A DNA stretch of 64,000 nt from Pseudomonas aeruginosa PAO1. Lineage in GTDB: Bacteria; Pseudomonadota; Gammaproteobacteria; Pseudomonadales; Pseudomonadaceae. The stretch's first letter is position 1. Every line of letters begins with the position of its first letter. Shown one piece after another: positions 1 through 13,477 of the stretch. Made by a program: the position numbers and the translations under genes. Below the pieces are notes generated by a model. It worked only from the letters and a program-made list of their open reading frames with translations, was not told where the DNA came from and did not search any database. The stretch is from the NCBI RefSeq assembly GCF_000006765.1, contig NC_002516.2; one strand, written 5' to 3'.

Positions 1-444
<444 letters not shown>

Positions 445-448
<4 letters not shown>

Positions 449-1851
449 GACAGCTCGCTCCGCAGTCGCGGCAACTGGGCGAGGAACGCCGGCTCGTCGT
501 CGAGCTGGCGCAGATCGAGCCAGAGGGCGTCGTCGTCGAGCCGACCGATCACCGGCAGCGGCAGCCCGCGCAGGGCTTCCTCGAGGTTGCGCAGGGCGCG
601 TCCGCGCAGGCGCCTGGGCTGCCGCGGACGCAGGCACAGCGCGGCGCTGGCCAGCCGCGCCACCGGCTGCGCGCCGCTGCCGATCATGCCCAGGGCGTCG
701 ACCACAGCGACCTCCCAGCCCTCGCCGAGCGCCTCGCCCAGCGCCGGCGCCAGACGCTCGGCCTGGGCGCGGATCTCCGCCGCCGGGCGGCTGAGCAGGC
801 GCAGGGTGGTCAGGCGTTCGGCGAGGCGGTCCGGATCGCGGTACAGGCCGAGCACCGCCTCGAGGGCGGCGAGGGTCAGCTTGTCGACGCGCAGAGCGCG
901 CTTGAGCGGGTTCTTCTTGATCCGCCCGATCAGTTCGCGGTTGCCGAGGATCAGCCCGGCCTGGGGCCCGCCGAGCAATTTGTCGCCGCTGAAGGTAACG
1001 ATGTCGGCGCCGTCGGCCAGGGCTTCCTGCACCGTCGGTTCCTTGGGCAAGCCCCAGCGGGTCAGGTCCACCAGGGTGCCGCTGCCGAGGTCTTCCAGCA
1101 GCGGCAGGCCGTGGCCATGGGCGATGGCCGCCAGTTGCGCGGTGGGCACGCTGGCGGTGAAGCCCTGGACGCTGTAGTTGCTGGTGTGCACGCGCATCAG
1201 CAGGCCGCTGCGCGGGCCGATGGCGGCTTCGTAGTCCTTGGCGTGGGTGCGGTTGGTGGTGCCCACCTCGTGCAAGCGCACGCCGGCGCGGGCCATGATG
1301 TCGGGAATGCGGAAGGCGCCGCCGATCTCGATCAGCTCGCCGCGCGAGATGATCCCTTCCTTGCGCGCCCCCAGGCTGTTCAGCGCCAGCAGCACCGCCG
1401 CCGCGTTGTTGTTGACCACGGTGACCGCCTCGGCGCCGGTGAGTTCGCGGATCAGCCCGGCGATCAGGTCGTCGCGGTCGCCGCGCTTGCCGCTGGCCAG
1501 GTCGAACTCCAGGTTCAGCGGGTAGCGCGCGGCCAGGGTGATCGCCTCGATGGCTTCGTCCGGCAGCAGGGCGCGGCCGAGGTTGGTATGCAACACCGTG
1601 CCGGTCAGGTTGAACACCCGCCGCACGCGGCTGGCATGCTGCGCGGCGAGGCGTTCGCCGGCGCGCCCGGCGAGCACCGCCTCGCTCAGTTCGATCTCGG
1701 CGAGGGCACCGTGTCGGGCCGGCTCGCGCAGTTCGTCGAGCAGGTCGCGGAGGGTCGCCAGCAACGCCTCGCGGCCATAGCGCTGGTGCAGGGGAGCGGC
1801 CGCCGCGCTGCGCAGCAGGCGGTCGACCGAAGGCAAGCGAACGGAACTCAT
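445..1851 (-). CDS. selA: L-seryl-tRNA(Sec) selenium transferase
   Basis: 468 aa; [16 protein letters not shown] and [14 protein letters not shown] (PLP lysine) motifs; adjacent to selB. Confidence 0.97.
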
Positions 1852-1929
1852 GGAGAAACCTTATCCACAGGGTAGGGTCACCGACACGCCCATCATAGAC
1901 GCGTCGGCGCATGCCCGCAGCGTCTTCGG

Positions 1930-2859
1930 CTATTCGCCGCCGGGGGCCAGCAACAGGTTCGGCGAACGCCGCAGGTAGCCGTCCTCGGCCAGGCGCATGT
2001 CCAGCGCCAGGCTGGCCAGGTCGTCGGCAAGGGCATCGGCGTGGCGGTCGAACTCCAGGTAGAACTGCTTCAGGTAGCCCTGGCAACTGGGGCAGGTCTC
2101 GGCGCGCAGCACGGCTTTTTCCGCCGGCTGCCCGTCATGCTCCAGGGACAGGTAGGCCAGGTGCTTGCTTTCCTCGCAGTGGCTGCACTTGATTCGCACG
2201 TAGTGCCATTCGCAGGCGCACAGCGAGCAGCTCAGGTAGCGCAGGCCGGTTTCCTTGCCGCCCTGGCGGATCATCCCGGCCATCGGCGGCGAGCCGCAGG
2301 CGGGGCACAAGGTCCGGCTCTCGGTCTCGACCACCGCGCCCTCCTCCAGTCCCAGCAGCCAATGGCTCCAGGCTACTTGCAGGGCGGCGCCGAGGAACGG
2401 CACCAGGGCCGCCGGCAGGAGGTCGAACTGACCGCTGAGCAGGGCGATGGCCCAGGCCTTGCGCTGGCCTTCCTCGGCTTCGCGCAATTGTTCGAGTGCC
2501 GCGCCGACGGCGGCGTTGGCCGGCGCCGGGTAGCCCGCGAGCAGGGCATCCAGCCAGGGCAGCCAGGCGCCTTCGCGCACCAGCAGGTCGTAGGCCAGCG
2601 GCGGCATGCCGTGCTCGCGGCTCTTGCGCAGGCGCTCGGGGTCGAGCGGGGCCAGCGCCGGCGGGTTGTCCAGCAGCGCCTGCTGGAGCCGGCAGAGACC
2701 GGCGACCAGCCGCAGGTAGTCGCCCATCGGGTGCCCCTCGGCCAGTTGCAGCAGGCGCTCGCCGCGGCGGGCGAACAGGTCGCGCGACGGCTGGTGCAGG
2801 TGCGGGGGAATGTTGGCGGCGGCTTCGATCTGCCCCGGCTGAAGAATGGTGCGTGACAC
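1930..2859 (-). CDS. fdhE: Formate dehydrogenase maturation protein FdhE
   Basis: 309 aa; CPACGS, CSLCACEW, CSHC and CPSC Cys pairs; downstream of fdnI. Confidence 0.95.
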   Translation of the reverse strand: MSRTILQPGQIEAAANIPPHLHQPSRDLFARRGERLLQLAEGHPMGDYLRLVAGLCRLQQALLDNPPALAPLDPERLRKSREHGMPPLAYDLLVREGAWLPWLDALLAGYPAPANAAVGAALEQLREAEEGQRKAWAIALLSGQFDLLPAALVPFLGAALQVAWSHWLLGLEEGAVVETESRTLCPACGSPPMAGMIRQGGKETGLRYLSCSLCACEWHYVRIKCSHCEESKHLAYLSLEHDGQPAEKAVLRAETCPSCQGYLKQFYLEFDRHADALADDLASLALDMRLAEDGYLRRSPNLLLAPGGE

Positions 2860-2991
2860 GGGAACTCCTCGGGTCTGCGCCGGCGGGCCGGTGGGCCGCG
2901 CCGCAACGATCGGGCGCCCGGAGGGGCGCGGAATGAATGCAAAGGCCCCATCGCTGGGGCCTCCGGTCGGGCGATGGCGACACTATACGCG

Positions 2992-3618
2992 TCAGTGCTC
3001 CTCGCCCTTGCCGACTTCCTTCAGCCAGCCGTTATGGTGCTTGCGCGCCCAGGCGCGGCTGACCTTGCCGTAGAGCATCGCGCCCATCGAGCCCTTGACC
3101 CAGATGCCGGCGTAGATGTGCACGATGATGCTGGCGATCAGGACGAAGGCGGCGAAGGCGTGCAGGAGCGCCGACAGGCGGATCGCCTCGATGCCGAACC
3201 AGGCACTGAAGTACTGGCGCCAGATCACGATGCCGGTGACCAGCAGGGTCAGCATGCTCAGCAGCAGCACCCAGAACAGCAGCTTCTGCCCGGCGTTGTA
3301 GCGGCCGACTTCCGGGAGGTTCTCCTCGCGGTTGCTGACCACGTCGCGCCACTGCTTGAGCCACTGGATATCGCTCTTCTGCACCCGGTTGTGGTGGGCG
3401 AAGCGCACCACCAGGCCGAGGAAGAAGACGAACATCGCCAGCCCCAGGAAGGGGTGCAGGATACGCGTCCAGGGACCGCCGCCGAACAGGTTGGTCAGCC
3501 AGAACAGCGCCGGGTGGAACAGCGCCAGCCCGGACAGCCCGGCCATGAAGAACAGGATCGCCACGGCCCAGTGGTTGCTGCGCTCGTTGGCGTTGTAGCG
3601 CTGGATTTCATTTTTCAT
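2992..3618 (-). CDS. fdnI: Formate dehydrogenase-N gamma (cytochrome b556) subunit
   Basis: ATG at 3618 (MKNEIQRYNANERSNHW), 208 aa; four TM helices with haem His residues; GRYNAGQKLLFW motif. Confidence 0.95.
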   Translation of the reverse strand: MKNEIQRYNANERSNHWAVAILFFMAGLSGLALFHPALFWLTNLFGGGPWTRILHPFLGLAMFVFFLGLVVRFAHHNRVQKSDIQWLKQWRDVVSNREENLPEVGRYNAGQKLLFWVLLLSMLTLLVTGIVIWRQYFSAWFGIEAIRLSALLHAFAAFVLIASIIVHIYAGIWVKGSMGAMLYGKVSRAWARKHHNGWLKEVGKGEEH

Positions 3619-3689
3619 TTCCGACTCCTCGAGAGCGCCGCCGCTGCCGCCGGGTCGCGGAGGACCGCCGGCAACGCCCGCGCGCAGGC

Positions 3690-4619
3690 TCAACGACGCT
3701 CGTGCGGGTCAAAGGTGTGTACCGACGGATCGACCTGGTGCACCGGTGCCTCGGCTTGCCCGTGGTCTTCCTCGTCGTCCGCGCGGTTGGGACCGACGCG
3801 CACATAGTGGAAGAACCCGGCGAGCACCGTGGCGCCCATGGCCAGCAGCGCCAGCGGCTTGGTCACGCCCTTCCACAGGCTGACCAGCGGGCTGACGCTC
3901 GGCTGGTCGGCCAGGCCGGCATAGAGCGACGGCTTGTCGGCGTGGTGCAGCACGTACATCACGTGGGTGCCGCCCACCCCTTCGGGGTCGTACAGGCCGG
4001 CGTTCTCGTAACCGCGGCTCTTCAGGTCGACGATGCGTTCGGCGGCGTGTTCCTTCATGTCCTCCTTGCTGCCGAAGACGATGGCGCCGGTCGGGCAGGT
4101 CTTCACGCAGGCCGGCTCCATGCCCACCGAGACGCGGTCGGAACACAGGCTGCACTTGTAGGCCTTGTGGTCCTTCTGCGAGATCCGTGGGATGTCGAAC
4201 GGGCAACCGGTGATGCAGTAGCCGCAACCGATGCACTTGTCCTGGTTGAAGTCGACGATGCCGTTGGCGTACTTCACGATCGCTCCCGGGCTCGGGCAGG
4301 CCTTCAGGCAGCCCGGCTCGGCGCAGTGCATGCAGCCATCCTTGCGGATCAGCCACTCGAGGTTGCCGGCCTCGTTCTCGTGCTCGGTGAAACGCATCAC
4401 CGTCCACGAGTCGGCCGTCAGGTCCATGGGGTTGTCGTAGGTGCCGTGGTTGTGGCCGACCTCGTCGCGCAGCTCGTTCCATTCCGAGCAGGCGACCTGG
4501 CAGGCCTTGCAACCGATGCACTTGGACACGTCGATCAGTTTCGCCACTTCCTCCTGGTTCCGCACCGAGGGCATCGGCGTGGTGGTCGCGGAGCGGGCGT
4601 GGATGTCCTGACTACTCAT
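3690..4619 (-). CDS. fdnH: Formate dehydrogenase-N beta (Fe-S) subunit
   Basis: 309 aa; four 4Fe-4S Cys motifs ([34 protein letters not shown]) and a C-terminal TM anchor. Confidence 0.97.
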   Translation of the reverse strand: MSSQDIHARSATTTPMPSVRNQEEVAKLIDVSKCIGCKACQVACSEWNELRDEVGHNHGTYDNPMDLTADSWTVMRFTEHENEAGNLEWLIRKDGCMHCAEPGCLKACPSPGAIVKYANGIVDFNQDKCIGCGYCITGCPFDIPRISQKDHKAYKCSLCSDRVSVGMEPACVKTCPTGAIVFGSKEDMKEHAAERIVDLKSRGYENAGLYDPEGVGGTHVMYVLHHADKPSLYAGLADQPSVSPLVSLWKGVTKPLALLAMGATVLAGFFHYVRVGPNRADDEEDHGQAEAPVHQVDPSVHTFDPHERR

Positions 4620-4627
4620 GTTTCACC

Positions 4628-7600
4628 TCACGCCTTTTCCACGTTGACCAGGAACGACTTGAACTCCGGCGTCTGGGTATTCCCGTCGCCCACGAAGGGG
4701 GTCAGGGTGTTGGCCAGGAAGCCGTTGCGCGCCATGCCGGCGAAGCCCCAGTGGATCGGGATGCCGACGTGGTGCACGGTCTTACCGTCCACCTGCAGCG
4801 GGCGGATGCGCTTGGTCACCACCGCCACCGCCTTGATGTAGCCGCGGTTGGAGGAGACCTTGACCTTGTCGCCGGCATTGATGCCCAGCTCCTTGGCCAG
4901 CGCCTCGCCGATCTCGACGAACTGCTCGGGCTGGGTGATCGCATTCAGCCGGCAGTGCTTGGTCCAGTAGTGGAAGTGCTCGGTGAGCCGGTAGGTGGTC
5001 GCCGCGTAGGGGAACTCGTCGGCCGTGCCGAACAGTTCCATGTCGTTCTTGAACACCCGTGCCGCCGGGTTGCTGATCGCCTTGCGGTTGTCGCGGTGCA
5101 AGGGGTTCACCCCGATCGGCGTCTCGAACGGCTCGTAGTGCTCGGGGAACGGGCCTTCGGCCATCTTGTCGACGGCGAACAGGCGGGCCACCCCTTCGGG
5201 GTTCATGATGAACGGGTTCATCCCGGCTTCCGGCGGTACGTCGGCCTTGTAGTCGGGCACGTCGGTGCCGCCCCAGGACTTGCCGTTCCACCACACCAGG
5301 CGCTTCTTCTCCGGGTCCCACGGCTTGCCGCTGACGTCGGCCGAGGCGCGGTTGTAGAGAATCCGCCGGTTCGCCGGCCAGGCCCAGGCCCAGCCGAGGG
5401 TCTGGCCCATGCCGTAGGGGTCGCTGTTGTCGCGGCGGCCCATCTGGTTGCCCTGCTGGGTCCAGGAGCCGGCGAAGATCCAGCAGCCGCTCGCCGTGCT
5501 GCCGTCGTCGCGCAGCAGGGCAAAGCCCGGCAACTGCTCGCCGGCCTTGGCCAGGATCATGCCGTTGGCCGGGTCGACCAGGTCGCTCAGGGCCTTGCCG
5601 TTGAACTCCCGGGCCAGTTCGTCCGGGCCCGGTTCGTCGGGCTTGAGGTAGGACCAGTCGAGGCCGAGGATCGGGTCGGGGAAGGCCCCGCCGTCCTTGC
5701 GGTACATCTCGCGCAGGCGGTGGAACAGCCCGGCCATGATGGCGATGTCCGGACGCGCCTGGCCCGGCGGCTCGGCGCCCTTCCAGTGCCACTGCAACCA
5801 GCGGCCGCTGTTGACGATCGAGCCGTCTTCCTCGGCGAAGCAGGAGGTGGGCAGGCGGAACACCGTGGTCTTGATGCTGGCGGTGTCGACGTCGTTGTAC
5901 TCGCCGACGTTGCGCCAGAACTCCGAGGTCTCGGTCACCAGCGGGTCCATCACCACCATCCACTTCAGGCGCGCCAGCGCGGCGCCGACCTTGGCCTTGT
6001 TGGGGAACGAGGCGATGGGGTTGAAGCCCTGGCAGAAGTAACCGTTGACCTTGCCCTGGTACATCATGTCGAAGTAGCGCAGCACGTCGTAGCCGGCGCC
6101 CGGCATGTCGAGCTTGGGCAGCCAGTCGTAGCACCAGTTGTTTTCCTTGGTCGCCGACTTGCCGAACCAGGCCTTCATCAGGCTGACGTGGAACTTGCCG
6201 TAGTTCTGCCAGTAGGACAGCTGTCCCGGGCGCAGCGGCTTGGCCGTGCGCTTGGCGATGTAGGCGTCGTAGTCCTGCTCGGCGTCCATCGCCAGGGTCA
6301 GGTAGCCCGGCAGCGAGTTGGACAGCAGGCCGAGGTCGGTCAGGCCCTGGATGTTGGAGTGGCCGCGCAGGGCGTTCATGCCGCCGCCGGGCATGCCGAT
6401 GTTGCCCAGCAGCAGCTGGACCATCGCGCCGGTGCGGATCATCTGCGCGCCTACCGAGTGCTGGGTCCAGCCCAGGGCGTACATGATGGTCATGACCTTG
6501 CCCGGCTTGGAGGTCTCGGCGATTTCCGCCCAGACCTTGAGCATCATGTCCTTCGGCGTACCGCAGATGTTGCTCACCACGTCCGGGGTGTAGCGGCTGT
6601 AGTGCTGCTTGAGCAGGTTGAACACGCAGCGCGGGTGGGTCAGGGTCGGGTCGACCTTGGCATAGCCGTCCTCACCGATCTCGTAGCCCCAGGAGGACTT
6701 GTCCGGGTAGGTCCGCTTCTCGGCATCGTAGCCGTTGAACAGGCCGTCCTCGAAGCTGAAGCCTTCCTTCACGATGAACGAGACATCGGTGTAGTTGCGC
6801 ACGTATTCGTGCTGGATCTTGTCGTTTTCCAGCAGGTAGTTGATCAGGCCGCCGAGGAAGGCGATGTCGGTGCCGGTCCGGATCGGCGCGTAGTAGTCGG
6901 CGACCGAGGCGGAACGGGTGAAACGCGGATCGACCACCAGCAGCCGCGCCTTGTTGTGCGCCTTGGCTTCGGTGACCCATTTGAATCCGCACGGGTGGGC
7001 TTCGGCGGCGTTGCCGCCCATGATCAGCACCAAATCGGCATTCTTGATGTCGGTCCAGTGGTTGGTCATGGCTCCACGGCCAAACGTCGGGGCAAGACTT
7101 GCCACCGTCGGGCCGTGTCAGACACGCGCCTGGTTGTCGAATCCCAGGATGCCGAGGGAGCGCATCACCTTGTGGGTGATGTAGCCGGCCTCGTTGGACG
7201 AGGCGGACGCGGCGAGGAAGCCGGTGGTCAACCAGCGGTTGACGGTCTGGCCCTGCTCGTTCTTCTCGACGAAGTTGGCGTCGCGGTCTTCCTTCATCAG
7301 CTTGGCGATGCGCTCGAGGGCTTCGTCCCACTCGATGCGCTTCCACTCGCTGGAGCCGGCCTCGCGCACTTCCGGATACTTCAGGCGGTTCGGGCTGTGG
7401 ATGTAGTCCAGCAGGCCGGCGCCTTTCGGGCAGAGGGTGCCGCGGTTGACCGGATGGTCGGCGTCGCCCTCGATATGGATGATGTTCTGCGCGACGTTCT
7501 TGGCGCCGTCGCCCTGGCTGTACATGATCAGGCCGCAACCGACCGAACAGTAGGTACAGGTGTTGCGGGTCTCGACCGTGTGCGCCAGCTTGAAGTGGCG

Positions 7601-7708
7601 GACCTGGTCGGCGAAGGCCTCCGTGGGGGCCATCCCGAGCGCCGCAAGGCTCGATCCTCCAAGGCCTATACCGCAGACCTTGAAGAATTGCCGACGGTTC
7701 ATATCCAT
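4628..7708 (-). CDS. fdnG: Formate dehydrogenase-N alpha subunit, selenoprotein (1026 aa; Sec at codon 197)
   Basis: Track ORFs 7118-7708 and 4628-7105 are in frame and joined by TGA (7118-7120) in the context ARV-U-HGPTVASL. Tat signal MDMNRRQFFK; CTYCSVGC cluster; SECIS follows. Confidence 0.97.
7089..7106 (-). promoter_or_regulatory. Bacterial SECIS hairpin of fdnG
   Basis: GGUGGCAAGUCUUGCCCC starts 11 nt after the UGA: GG/CC base, bulged U, GGCAA/UUGCC stem. Same geometry as the E. coli fdhF/fdnG SECIS. Confidence 0.92.
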
Positions 7709-7977
7709 CGTGCATCTCCTGCATCAGGCAAAGGACACCCGGGACATGGCCGGATGTCTCTGGTTAAAAGATAGCCAGCCTGGCGAGGTACGCCAGCCGG
7801 GCATGGCTACGGGGCAGCGAACCCTACACGAACGCTGGGTTTTTCTGCCTTGACCGGAGTCATTACACGGCGGCGCAAACCTTGTCCAGCAAGGTGCGCG
7901 GAATCGGGACAGGTCCGAACGCCGCGAGGCGCGCGAACAGGAGGTGATATCCAGGTGCCATTAGACCAAAGACTAAT

Positions 7978-8008
7978 GCCGGGTCGCCTAGGGCTGCGGC
8001 GACCCGGC
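7978..8008 (-). terminator. Probable terminator hairpin of lipC
   Basis: 11-bp perfect stem GCCGGGTCGCC/GGCGACCCGGC just after the lipC stop; the U-tract is weak. Confidence 0.55.
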
Positions 8009-8015
8009 GAGCGGA

Positions 8016-8945
8016 TCAGAGTCCGACGTTCCTGAGGCGATTGGCATGCTGCCTATAGACCTGGGTCGGGTCGCTCTCGAACAGGCTGACCAGGCCGAGC
8101 AACTGGTTGACTTCGTCCAGATGGTCCATCCGGTAGTTGTCCTTCACCACGCTGCCCAGGTGGCTGGAGCATTGGCCGACCAGACCGTCGTTGGCCTCGC
8201 CGAACAGCAGCCCGGTCACCGCCAGGCCGGCGGAGCTCGGGTCGAGCGCATTGGTCAGGGAGCCGGTGCCGCTCATCGAGTAGTAGCGCACCCCGGCTAC
8301 CGTCTCCGCGCCCTGGCCACAGGCGCTGGCCGGGATCGCCTGCGGGAAGCGCTGGTTGAACCGCGCGGTGCCGGGAGTGTTGAGACTGTTCAGGGCAGCC
8401 AGCGCGTCGCCCTTGACCCACTCGCCGCCGTCGACGATGTCGACCACCGAGAACAGCGCCTCCACCGCCGAGGCGATCACCTCGGTGCCGATCGGCCCGA
8501 GGAACTCGCTGAAGCCGGTCACCGCGTCGGCTACCGGCGTGCCCTTGTGCGGCGTGCCCATGGTGGTGACCGAGGCCACCAGTTGCGGCGCCACCCCGGC
8601 GACGTAGCGCACGGTCATGCCGCCCTGGCTGTGGCCGATCAGGTTGACTTTCTCCGCGCCGGTCAGGGCCAGGACTTCCTCCACCTGCGCCAGTAGCTGT
8701 TCGCCGCGCACCTCGTTGCTGTTCACCGGCGACTGCGAGGTGGCGAAGACCTTCGCGCCGTCCTTCTCCAGGGCCGGCACGATAGCGTGCCAGTAGTCCA
8801 CCGGGCCGACGCTCTTGAAGCCGAACAGACCGTGGGACAGCACGATGGGATAGCGCGTGCGGGTGTAGTCGGTCGCAGCGTGCACGGGAAAGCTGGCGGC
8901 CAGCGCTACCAGCGCCGCCGCGAGGAACGTCTTGTTCTTGTTCAT
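8016..8945 (-). CDS. lipC: Secreted lipase LipC (family I.1)
   Basis: ATG at 8945 (MNKNKTFLAAALVAL signal peptide), 309 aa; YPIVLSHG oxyanion motif, GHSQG nucleophile, DHLDEVNQ catalytic His. Confidence 0.92.
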   Translation of the reverse strand: MNKNKTFLAAALVALAASFPVHAATDYTRTRYPIVLSHGLFGFKSVGPVDYWHAIVPALEKDGAKVFATSQSPVNSNEVRGEQLLAQVEEVLALTGAEKVNLIGHSQGGMTVRYVAGVAPQLVASVTTMGTPHKGTPVADAVTGFSEFLGPIGTEVIASAVEALFSVVDIVDGGEWVKGDALAALNSLNTPGTARFNQRFPQAIPASACGQGAETVAGVRYYSMSGTGSLTNALDPSSAGLAVTGLLFGEANDGLVGQCSSHLGSVVKDNYRMDHLDEVNQLLGLVSLFESDPTQVYRQHANRLRNVGL

Positions 8946-9277
8946 CGTCGAGACTCCGTTCGGATTGGACAGGCAGTTGGCAAGGCACGTGCTGAGCGGG
9001 CCGGAACCCCAGCCTGACAGCGCCGCCAAAGGCGTCGAGCCGTGCTTAAGTTGGGCTCCCGGCGCACGCCATTACCCCGGGTAACAGCGCCGCCGTTCCC
9101 ATTCCGCCCGCCGCGCCGCAAGTGCTGTCGGAGAGCTTTCGACGCCTGTCACCCGGGGCCACAGCGGTGCAGCGCAGCGAGCACCTATCCGATCAGCCAG
9201 TCCGCCGGCTTGACCGAAATGCCTGGCGGTTCCGGCAAGCGGGCCGCATTCGGCGGCGGCGCAACTTCCTATGGTGA

Positions 9278-11412
<2,135 letters not shown>

Positions 11413-11558
11413 GGGCGGAATCCGAGGGCGTGCGATGGGGTCTCGCGTTTTCCTCCTCCGCCCCCGCCTGGTGCATACTGTGCGACTCCCCGTACCACTC
11501 CGGCCCGTCCCTCGCCATGCGCGGGGCGCGCTCGCCGTCATCGTTCCAGGAGTCTTGC

Positions 11559-12008
11559 ATGCCCACTCCACCCTGGTGGCTGTTCGTCCTGCCCCTGCTC
11601 GCCGGCGCCTGCCTGCCGCTGCAGGCGGGGATCAACGGCCAGTTGGCCAAGCAGGTGTCCAGCGTCCTCGCCGCGGCACTGATCTCGTTCTTCGTCGGCA
11701 CCCTCGGGTTGCTCGCCCTGACCCTCTCGCAGCGCGAGTTTCCCGGCCTGGCGGCATTGCGCGGGCTGAGCTGGTGGCACTGGTGCGGCGGTTTCCTCGG
11801 CATGTTCTTCATCTTCATCGCCGCCTTCGCCGCACCGCGCATCGGCGCGCTGATGTTCATGGTGCTGGTGCTTGCCGGCCAGCTGGGCATGGCCATGAGC
11901 CTCGACCACTTCGGTTGGGCCGGCTTCCGCGAGGCACCGATCAGCGCGCTGAAGCTGGGCGGGTTGGCACTGATCGGCGCCGGCATCTGGATGATCCGCA
12001 AGGGCTGA
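11559..12008 (+). CDS. DMT-superfamily small membrane transporter (YdcZ/DUF606-like)
   Basis: ATG at 11559, 149 aa; hydrophobic; LPLQAGINGQL, WWHWCGGFLG and GQLGMAMSLDHFG motifs. Confidence 0.85.
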   Translation: MPTPPWWLFVLPLLAGACLPLQAGINGQLAKQVSSVLAAALISFFVGTLGLLALTLSQREFPGLAALRGLSWWHWCGGFLGMFFIFIAAFAAPRIGALMFMVLVLAGQLGMAMSLDHFGWAGFREAPISALKLGGLALIGAGIWMIRKG

Positions 12009-12164
12009 GTGCGTCTTGCCGCGGACGCGTCGGCCGGCCTATAGTCGGCCTCGGCGTTCTCCACGCCTCCCGTCCGCGGAAAGGGCAGCGCCCAGGCGAT
12101 CCACCCCAAGCATCGCGCATGCGACTCCAGGCCTGATGGCGGACAAGGCTGCAGAGGAGATCGT

Positions 12165-13400
12165 ATGTCCTTTTCCCGCACTCTCGGCGACGGCCGGATC
12201 AATCTCGAACAGCAACGCAAGCGCGCCAAGGAGCTGTTGCGCCAGTGGCGCCGCGACCCGGCCAGCCGTACAGGGCTTCCGGGGCAGGCGCCGCGCCTGG
12301 CCGACGCCCAGTGGCAGGTGGCGCGCGAACTGGGCTTCGCCAGTTGGCCGCGACTCAAGGCGCATGTCGACGCCATCGCCTTCGCCAGCCGCCACCCCGA
12401 TCTGGTCGGCGGCGATGAGGCCGCGACCCTGCACCTGCGCTGCGGCAACGACATCGCCCACGGCCTGAAGCTCGCCGGCTTTCGCGGCGACTTCCGGATG
12501 TTCGCCGACCCGCTGACCATGGGACCGGTGCCGAACCTGCCGTTGCCCGAGTTCCTCGCCCTGCGCAGCGACTACCTGAGCCGCGCCTTCGACCTCGACC
12601 CGGCCGACGCCCAGGCCCGCCAGCGCCAGGAATACGCCGGGCTCGAGCGGCTCGGCGAATACTCGCGGGTGGCGCTCTGGTGCGAGGCGGATGCCTACGA
12701 CCAGTTGTTCCTGGTCCGGGTGCTGGCAGGAATGCAGACGCCGCCGGAGCACCTGGAACTGATCGAGATCGACCGCGTGCCAGGCGTCGAGCGCTTCGTC
12801 GGCATCGGCCAACTGGCGCCTGAGCTGCTCGCCTGGCTATGGACCCAGCGTCGCCCGCTGGACGCCGAAGCCCTGGCGCTGGCCCGCGCGGCCTGGGACG
12901 CCTACCGCGATCCGGCGCCACTGCGCTGGGCGCAACTGGCCGCCGCGCCGACCCCGGCGCTACCGTTGCTGGGGCCGGCGCTGCGTCGGCAACTGCATGA
13001 ACTGCCGGCCCTGCGCGACGGCCTGTCGCTGAGCGAACGGCTGACCCTGGAGATCGTCCGCGACGGCGAGCGGCCGAGCGCCGGCCAGGTCTTCGCCGAG
13101 CTGACCGCACGGCGCGAGCCGCTGCCCTATCTCGGCGACCTGATGTTCCGCGTCCTGCTCCGCGCGCTGCTGGAAGAGCCCGGCGCGCTGCTGCGCACGC
13201 CGGCGCCGGAACTGCCCTGGGAACGCCAGCCGCTGGCCCTGACCGCTGCGGGCCGCGAGGTCCTGGCCGGGCGGCGCTACCGCCTCGACCTCGGCGCCCC
13301 CGAACGCTGGGTCGGCGGCGTATGCCTGCGCGCCGGCACCGCGCACTGGGCGCTGGACGAGCAGGACCGGCCGGTATGGCGGGAGGACCCTCGGCACTGA
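12165..13400 (+). CDS. DUF1835-like protein with an N-terminal helical module
   Basis: 411 aa; NLEQQRKRAKELL...ADAQWQVARELGFASWPRLK, then DPLTMGPVP, LWCEADAYDQL and C-terminal RWVGGV. Confidence 0.75.
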   Translation: MSFSRTLGDGRINLEQQRKRAKELLRQWRRDPASRTGLPGQAPRLADAQWQVARELGFASWPRLKAHVDAIAFASRHPDLVGGDEAATLHLRCGNDIAHGLKLAGFRGDFRMFADPLTMGPVPNLPLPEFLALRSDYLSRAFDLDPADAQARQRQEYAGLERLGEYSRVALWCEADAYDQLFLVRVLAGMQTPPEHLELIEIDRVPGVERFVGIGQLAPELLAWLWTQRRPLDAEALALARAAWDAYRDPAPLRWAQLAAAPTPALPLLGPALRRQLHELPALRDGLSLSERLTLEIVRDGERPSAGQVFAELTARREPLPYLGDLMFRVLLRALLEEPGALLRTPAPELPWERQPLALTAAGREVLAGRRYRLDLGAPERWVGGVCLRAGTAHWALDEQDRPVWREDPRH

Positions 13401-13477
13401 CGCTCATCGCCCGGACGAGCGCAACGGGCGCGCAGCCACTATCATTGCGCGCCCGTTTTCCCCGCACCCGCCCGCCG

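Noticed and set aside
4628-7708. fdnG as a pseudogene or two genes
   Set aside because: The internal TGA is the Sec codon, with a correctly placed SECIS and selAB adjacent.
4751-7774. Very long antisense or alternate-frame ORFs (e.g. 4751-7774, 9269-12520, 21314-24184, 33671-35878, 58177-61005)
   Set aside because: Shadow ORFs typical of high-GC coding DNA; they lie opposite well-supported genes and have no recognisable motifs.
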